Origin: Bacteroidota bacterium
GTDB lineage: Bacteria > Bacteroidota > Bacteroidia > M30B66
Length of the DNA stretch: 64,000 bases
NCBI GenBank assembly: GCA_947460255.1
Contig: CANHIS010000007.1
Location: 4,221-68,220, forward strand
Reading direction: 5' to 3'
Shown here: positions 58,487-64,000 of the stretch, one piece after another
Numbering within the stretch: the first letter of the stretch is position 1
How the letters are laid out: the number at the start of each line of letters is the position of its first letter
Notes under the pieces: model-generated
The model's database searches: none
Told to the model about the DNA's origin: nothing
What the model saw: only the letters and a program-made list of their open reading frames with translations
Translations under genes and position numbers: made by a program

Positions 58487-60112
58487 ATGCTACCCAAACA
58501 ACTACGATTTCTTCATCCTTATTTGCACTTCATTGGTTTGCTCCTCATGGTTGTCGGCTTGCCATTTTCGATGCTGTTGATGAGTTTGTCGCAATTTTTT
58601 ATCGGAGGAAACTGGATTCTTGAAGGCAACTTTATCGAAAAGTTGAAACGATTCAAATCCAACAAGTCGGCCATTGCTCTGTGTTGCATATTTATCATGT
58701 TGTTGCCTCCGCTTTTTTGGTCAACCAACACCAATGAAGCGCTGAAATTGATCAGGCTAAATCTACCGTTTCTCATTTTCCCATTTGTGTTGGGCAGCAT
58801 CAAACCACTTCAATTTTCGTGGTACAAACTGCTCATCCGGTTGTTTATTCTGAGTGTTTTTCTTGCCGTAATTGTTTGCTCCTCGGTTGGGCTTCCTCGT
58901 TGGATGAACGGCGAACTGACAGATATTAGGAATATCTCATTGTTTATCTCCCACATCAGATTCTCTCTGTTAATTTCATTTGCGCTGCTGCTAATCCTTT
59001 GGATGACAATAAAAAAGCCATTCAAATTTCTTCCCTACGAGAAATATATACTGCCTTCAATTGGCTTGATTTTACTGGCATTTCTCTTCATCCTACAGTC
59101 GTTAAATGGAATTATCATTTTATGTATTGTTGGGGGTATTTGGCTGATGAAAGAAATTAGAAGCCGATTTAACCTTCCTTCAACGCTCGTTTTATATAGT
59201 ATCCCAGCGCTATTCTTGGGCTTGAGTATTTACTTCGCGGGCAATGCTTGGCAAAACTATTTCACACCCAACGAAATCTACAGCGCGCCACTTCCGGCCA
59301 AAACCGCCTTGGGAAATCCATACAAGCACGCCTTCGGGATGATCGAAAATGGCCACTATGTGGATGCTTTTCTCTGCGAGGATGAAGTTCGATCTACTTG
59401 GAGACAAAGAAGCAGCTTGTCGATTGATAGTGCAGATGGGAAAGGCCATCCTGTTTTTACCACCTTGGTGAGATACTTAAATTCTAAAGGGCTTACCAAG
59501 GATCAAGCTGGCGTGATGGCCCTCAATGAAAAAGACATTCGATACATTGAAAACGGCACCGCGAATGTGAATTACACTGGATTGCTCGGCATCAGAATGA
59601 GATTTTATCAACTTCTGTATGAGCTCGATTTTCAAAAACGTGGAGGAACCAATGCTTCTGGCCATTCGTTAATGATGAAGCTTGAGTTTTGGAAAAATGG
59701 AATTTCGCTCATTCGCAAAAACCCGATTTTTGGAACCGGAACCGGTGATGTTCCTGCTGACTTTAGAGAACAATATAAATTCACAGCAAGTTGGCTAACT
59801 CCACAGTGGTGGATGACGAGCCATAATCAATTTATTTATTTCGCTGTAGGATTAGGAATTCCAGGTTTGTTGCTCTTTTTAGTTCTCTTTTTCTTCCCTG
59901 CAATTCACTCGAGAGCATTTAACTATTTGCCGTTCACTCTATTTTTTAGCATTGCGTTTCTTTCGATGTTTACCGAAGACATGCTCACCACGCAAGCTGG
60001 CGTTTCATTTGTTGTTTTCTTTTATGCTTTCTTCCTTTTTGCAAGACCACGAGAAAACGATTCAGCATCCGAAAAATCAGGCTCATCGGTGTCTTCATCT
60101 TCTGCATCCTGA
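58487..60112 (+). CDS. Polytopic membrane protein, O-antigen ligase (Wzy_C)-like
   Basis: About 10-12 TM helices. A large periplasmic loop. C-terminal region …HNQFIYFAVGLGIPGLL… typical of the O-antigen ligase/polymerase family. The last ~30 aa overlap rsmI on the other strand, so the 3' end is uncertain. Confidence 0.6.
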   Translation: MLPKQLRFLHPYLHFIGLLLMVVGLPFSMLLMSLSQFFIGGNWILEGNFIEKLKRFKSNKSAIALCCIFIMLLPPLFWSTNTNEALKLIRLNLPFLIFPFVLGSIKPLQFSWYKLLIRLFILSVFLAVIVCSSVGLPRWMNGELTDIRNISLFISHIRFSLLISFALLLILWMTIKKPFKFLPYEKYILPSIGLILLAFLFILQSLNGIIILCIVGGIWLMKEIRSRFNLPSTLVLYSIPALFLGLSIYFAGNAWQNYFTPNEIYSAPLPAKTALGNPYKHAFGMIENGHYVDAFLCEDEVRSTWRQRSSLSIDSADGKGHPVFTTLVRYLNSKGLTKDQAGVMALNEKDIRYIENGTANVNYTGLLGIRMRFYQLLYELDFQKRGGTNASGHSLMMKLEFWKNGISLIRKNPIFGTGTGDVPADFREQYKFTASWLTPQWWMTSHNQFIYFAVGLGIPGLLLFLVLFFFPAIHSRAFNYLPFTLFFSIAFLSMFTEDMLTTQAGVSFVVFFYAFFLFARPRENDSASEKSGSSVSSSSAS

Positions 60113-60780
60113 TTTAAGCCTTTAATCACCAGGACAATTTCTCCACGCGGGGCTGTTTTTGTAAAATGAGCCACTAACTCTTCAAAGGTTCCATTCACGC
60201 ATTCTTCATGAATCTTCGAAATCTCTCGAACAACTGCAGCCTCTCTCTGTGCACCAACAAATTCAACACATTGAGTTAAGGTTTTTAGCAGCCTGTGCGG
60301 CGACTCATAAAATACCACTGTTCTGCTTTCTTCGGCAATCTGTTTCAGCTTGGTTTGGCGACCCTTCTTGTGTGGCAAAAATCCTTCAAAACAAAATCGA
60401 TCTGTAGGAAATCCAGAAATCACTAAAGCTGGAATCAACGCTGCTGCACCGGGTAAACATTCAACCGGAATTCCGTTTTGCTTGCAAGCACGAACAAGTA
60501 AAAAACCAGGATCAGAAATGCCTGGTGTGCCAGCATCCGAAACCAACACTACCAAACCATGGCTCTTGATGAGCGAAATTGCTTGGTCGAGAAATTTGTG
60601 CTCGTTGTGTAAATGAAATGCCTTTAATCGTGCAGAAATCGAATAGTGCGAAAGCAGCTTTCCTGTGGTACGCGTGTCTTCAGCCAAAACCAAGTCGGCT
60701 GATTTGAGCACTTCTAAAGCACGCAAAGTAATGTCGCCCAAGTTTCCAAGAGGCGTCGGAACGAGCACTAAACGGCTCAT
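60022..60780 (-). CDS. rsmI: 16S rRNA (cytidine1402-2'-O)-methyltransferase RsmI (tetrapyrrole-methylase fold)
   Basis: LVLVPTPLGNLGDITLRALEVLKSADLVLAEDTR… is the canonical RsmI N-terminus. Acidic C-terminal tail. Confidence 0.9.
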   Translation of the reverse strand: MSRLVLVPTPLGNLGDITLRALEVLKSADLVLAEDTRTTGKLLSHYSISARLKAFHLHNEHKFLDQAISLIKSHGLVVLVSDAGTPGISDPGFLLVRACKQNGIPVECLPGAAALIPALVISGFPTDRFCFEGFLPHKKGRQTKLKQIAEESRTVVFYESPHRLLKTLTQCVEFVGAQREAAVVREISKIHEECVNGTFEELVAHFTKTAPRGEIVLVIKGLNQDAEDEDTDEPDFSDAESFSRGLAKRKKA

Positions 60781-60786
60781 ATTAAA

Positions 60787-61689
60787 TTAGGCGTTGTGCA
60801 GATATCTGCGGTTAAGCAAATCAGCAAGTCCTTGAAACGATTTGCTTTCAGAATCCCAATTGTATTTCGATTTCAACTCTTGGAAATAGTCTTCCGCATC
60901 AGCATAACTGTCGAAGTTGTTCAACTTGTCTAGCGCTTCGTTGTAATCGTTTACATTGTTCTTAAAAAGCTCTTTCAAATATGCAAACTTCTCATTGATT
61001 CCGATCGAACCTTTAATATTTGAAACAGGCTGTCTGGTTGCTTGACCAACAACTGTTTTGTCGCCCGGCTTTGCAATTTTATCATACAAAGAAGCTGCTT
61101 TGTCAAACAAGCTTTCCTTTTTGTTATCGACTGTTTGAGGCTCAGGTTTGAACTCGATTTTTCGCACTGTAGGCACAAAATCCTTCTGGCGTTCTTGCAG
61201 AAGATCTACTTTAGGTGCAACAACTGGTGGATTTTCAGAAGGCAAAACCACAGGCTTTACTTGCGCTATTGGCTCTTTTGCTTCTTCCACTTTTACCTCT
61301 ACAGTTTTTTGAAAGTCAACTGCGGGTTTTTCTTCTTCTTTTACAGCTTCTACAACTGGTGGTTCAACTTTCGGCGCTTCAACAATCGCTGGAGCTACCT
61401 CAATCTTCTCAACAACTGCAACTGGCTTTTCTGCAACTACCGGAGCCGTATCAACTGCCGTAGCCTTCGATACTTGTTCAACCACTGGTGCAGTGATCAT
61501 TCCACGTCTTTGCAATTCTCCAACGGTTTTAAGGTTGATGAAAAGTTCATACAAGTCTCTTACATCCTTCAAAACCAAATCAACCTCGATGGTTGGAATC
61601 TGGTCTTTGTAGGTGAGAATTCTTGAGTATTGCTCCTCTAATTGAATGAGTGTAGTGTTGATCTCTTCGTGAATCCGGCGAACGTCCAT
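60787..61689 (-). CDS. Hypothetical protein with central Pro/Val/Glu-rich low-complexity linker and conserved C-terminal domain
   Basis: 300 aa. PVVE/PKVE repeats at aa ~90-180. Structured ends. No signal peptide. Confidence 0.6.
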   Translation of the reverse strand: MDVRRIHEEINTTLIQLEEQYSRILTYKDQIPTIEVDLVLKDVRDLYELFINLKTVGELQRRGMITAPVVEQVSKATAVDTAPVVAEKPVAVVEKIEVAPAIVEAPKVEPPVVEAVKEEEKPAVDFQKTVEVKVEEAKEPIAQVKPVVLPSENPPVVAPKVDLLQERQKDFVPTVRKIEFKPEPQTVDNKKESLFDKAASLYDKIAKPGDKTVVGQATRQPVSNIKGSIGINEKFAYLKELFKNNVNDYNEALDKLNNFDSYADAEDYFQELKSKYNWDSESKSFQGLADLLNRRYLHNA

Positions 61690-61773
61690 AGTTTATTGGG
61701 GCGAGTGCAATTTGATTAGATTTGTGCTCTGTTCTTATCGGGTAAAAATACACAAAAACTTAGGTTCATTCGA

Positions 61774-62388
61774 ATGTTTCTCGAAAACACTATTCACCCC
61801 AATAAAAGACGCGGCTGGATTGAGGTCATCTGCGGCTCAATGTTCTCCGGAAAAACCGAAGAGCTCATCCGTCGTTTGCGTCGCGCAACCTTCGCCAAAC
61901 AACGCGTTGAGATATTTAAACCTGCAATCGACGTGCGTTATGATGAAGAAAACGTGGTCTCTCACGACTCCAATTCTATTCGTTCTACGCCAGTCGAATC
62001 CTCTCAAAGTATCCTTTTGTTATCGTCGGATGTTGAAGTTGTTGGTATCGATGAAGCTCAATTTTTCGACAATGAACTCGTAAATGTATGCAACGAACTC
62101 GCCAATCAGGGCATTCGTGTAATTGTTGCAGGCCTCGATATGGATTATCGTGGTTTCCCATTTGGGCCAATCCCTGCGCTGCTCGCTACAGCAGAATATG
62201 TTACAAAAGTGCACGCCATCTGCATGAAATGCGGTAATCTCGCCAACCACTCTCACCGTTTCGATGCGGCCAATAGCAGCTTGGTAGTTCTTGGCGAAAC
62301 AGAGTCCTATCAGCCACTTTGCAGAGATTGCTTTTACGAGTTCAATCCACTTCCCTATTCGGGGATGAAAGGCAGCAAAGACAAATGA
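61774..62388 (+). CDS. tdk: Thymidine kinase
   Basis: P-loop [18 protein letters not shown]-terminal Zn-ribbon (CMKCG…CRDC). Confidence 0.93.
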   Translation: MFLENTIHPNKRRGWIEVICGSMFSGKTEELIRRLRRATFAKQRVEIFKPAIDVRYDEENVVSHDSNSIRSTPVESSQSILLLSSDVEVVGIDEAQFFDNELVNVCNELANQGIRVIVAGLDMDYRGFPFGPIPALLATAEYVTKVHAICMKCGNLANHSHRFDAANSSLVVLGETESYQPLCRDCFYEFNPLPYSGMKGSKDK

Positions 62389-64000
62389 CGAGTTACTCGA
62401 TTGATCAATTGTCTCAAATGGCAGGGGCAATTTTGCACCCTGGAAATTCAGCGTGCAACGAAATCAATTATTTACTTTACGACAGTAGAAAGCTTTCTCA
62501 ACCCAACGTTACTTTATTTGTTGCGATAAAAACATCAAGAAACGACGGCCATAAATTCATCCAATCGTTGTATCAAAATGGCGTTCGGAATTTCTTGGTA
62601 GAAGCATTACCCACAAACGAAAAATACGAGGAGGCTAATTTCTTGGTGGTTAAAAACACCTTAATTGCTCTTCAGCAAATAGCTGCATCACACAGAAATA
62701 AATTCGAATTTCCAATTGTTGGAATCACTGGCAGCAATGGAAAAACCATCGTTAAAGAGTGGTTGTTTAGTTTATTAAAAGCTGACTTTAATATTTCGAG
62801 AAGCCCCAAAAGCTTCAATTCCCAGCTCGGCACTGCCTTGTCGCTGTGGAATTTAAACGATCAAAATACCTTAGCAATCATCGAAGCTGGAATTTCCCTC
62901 CGGGGAGAAATGGTGCAATTGCAAAAGATGGTCCTACCCAATTCGGGCATTTTTACCAACATTGGGAGCGCACATGGAGAGAATTTCAGCGATATCGATG
63001 AGAAGATTCTAGAAAAACTAACACTATTCGTTCAGACCGATTTACTGATTTACTGCGCCGATCACAATCGAGTTGCCGCAAAAATCAAGGAAAACCACAA
63101 GGGCCAAACCTTCACATGGGGATTTCAAAATTCAGCTGATGTAACCGTAAATGCAACCAGTTCACCTCAAGTTTTTACGGTCGATTTTCAGGGAAGCAGT
63201 TTCGCTTTAAATCTACCATTTAGCGACCAAGCATCGATCGAAAATGCAATGCATTGCGTTGCTTGGATGCTTGCTCATCAATACTCACCGCAAACAATTA
63301 TAAACAGAATCGGGGCGCTCGATGCACCTGAAATGCGTTTGCAGATTCTGCAAGGAAAAAACAATTGCACTTTGATAAATGATGCTTGGATTGCAGATCT
63401 CGATTCCCTTCAAATTGCCTTGCAAGCATTGTCGCAACAACCAGGAAATCTTAGCAAAACAGTGATTCTCTCCGACATTCTCGAATCGGGTATTATGCCT
63501 GACACATTATACAAGGAAGTTGCAGAATTATTGAATGCCCAAAAAGTTTCAAAACTCATTGGTGTAGGCGAGATTATCACAGAAAAAATGGAGGCTTTTG
63601 GCGGAGAGAAATACTTTTTTCATTCAACAGAAGCACTAATTAATTCTTTGCCAATCTTACAATTTCACAATGAGGCTATATTGCTGAAAGGTGCACGAAT
63701 TTTTGAATTTGAAAATGTAGCCTCAGCGTTACAGTTAAAAACGCACGAAACTGTTCTGGAAATAAACTTGAGTCATTTAATTCACAACCTAAATTATTAC
63801 AGAAACAAACTTCCAGCACAAGTAAAAATGATGGCCATGGTTAAGGCATTTTCATACGGTACAGGAAGTATTGAAGTAGCAAATGCATTGCAGTTTCATG
63901 GGGTTGATTATCTCGCGGTTGCCTACGCAGATGAAGGATTAGATCTCCGCCGTGCGGGAATAAATTTACCAATAATGGTGATGAATCCAGAAGCTGATAG
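62385..64000 (+). CDS. murF: Bifunctional UDP-N-acetylmuramoyl-tripeptide--D-alanyl-D-alanine ligase (MurF) / alanine racemase (Alr), 5' partial (runs off the window)
   Basis: My own translation from the ATG at 62385 (ATGA overlap with the tdk stop): …[17 protein letters not shown]… (Mur ligase P-loop). From ~63750 an alanine-racemase N-terminal domain appears (…[13 protein letters not shown]…[12 protein letters not shown]…) in the same frame with no stop before 64000. Confidence 0.8.
   Translation, partial: MTSYSIDQLSQMAGAILHPGNSACNEINYLLYDSRKLSQPNVTLFVAIKTSRNDGHKFIQSLYQNGVRNFLVEALPTNEKYEEANFLVVKNTLIALQQIAASHRNKFEFPIVGITGSNGKTIVKEWLFSLLKADFNISRSPKSFNSQLGTALSLWNLNDQNTLAIIEAGISLRGEMVQLQKMVLPNSGIFTNIGSAHGENFSDIDEKILEKLTLFVQTDLLIYCADHNRVAAKIKENHKGQTFTWGFQNSADVTVNATSSPQVFTVDFQGSSFALNLPFSDQASIENAMHCVAWMLAHQYSPQTIINRIGALDAPEMRLQILQGKNNCTLINDAWIADLDSLQIALQALSQQPGNLSKTVILSDILESGIMPDTLYKEVAELLNAQKVSKLIGVGEIITEKMEAFGGEKYFFHSTEALINSLPILQFHNEAILLKGARIFEFENVASALQLKTHETVLEINLSHLIHNLNYYRNKLPAQVKMMAMVKAFSYGTGSIEVANALQFHGVDYLAVAYADEGLDLRRAGINLPIMVMNPEAD

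Noticed and set aside
61042-61626. 194-aa ORF on + strand antisense to the PV/E-rich hypothetical protein (and the similar 61215..61463 ORF)
   Set aside because: Low-complexity Leu/Phe/Gln-rich translation that is just the mirror of the sense-strand PVVE repeats. No independent support.
62020-62430. 136-aa ORF antisense to tdk
   Set aside because: Fully contained within the well-supported thymidine kinase gene on the opposite strand. No recognisable motifs.
1-64000. Searched intergenic regions for tRNA genes, rRNA, transposase/integrase ORFs, phage or defence-system genes
   Set aside because: No cloverleaf-compatible ~75-nt GC-rich segments, no IS-like inverted repeats flanking ORFs, and no ORF with transposase, integrase, restriction, Cas or reverse-transcriptase motifs were seen. 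The window looks like stable core chromosome plus lineage-specific surface and signalling genes.

Overview
This is a 64 kb chromosomal segment from an AT-rich Bacteroidota genome (roughly 40% GC). The organism looks Flavobacteriia- or Cytophagia-like, with a type IX secretion / gliding lifestyle. The window mixes core housekeeping genes with three very large secreted or surface proteins and an unusually dense set of two-component signalling genes. The housekeeping genes are metG, lpdA, xth, secA, gmk, nadD, yicC, panB, an RluA-family pseudouridine synthase, dnaK, hemH, rsmI, tdk and a murF-alr fusion. The large secreted proteins are a PKD-repeat giant with no recognisable T9SS sorting domain, a 1936-aa type-A T9SS-tail adhesin built from Ig-like repeats, and a 600-aa T9SS cargo. 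A small secreted protein that consists only of a T9SS type-B sorting domain is encoded 10 bp upstream of the PKD giant. The signalling genes are a LytTR/LytS-like two-component system fused into an operon with an ABC transporter, four paralogous stand-alone CheY-like receivers, a 1757-aa multi-PAS kinase, two paralogous PAS kinases flanking a LuxR-type regulator, and a cytoplasmic kinase-receiver pair. I found no rRNA, tRNA, CRISPR array, transposase, integrase or phage genes. The most unusual non-coding feature is a ~330 bp GC-rich, hairpin-dense intergenic element between xth and lpdA, preceded by a 7-mer tandem repeat that carries stop codons in all three frames.
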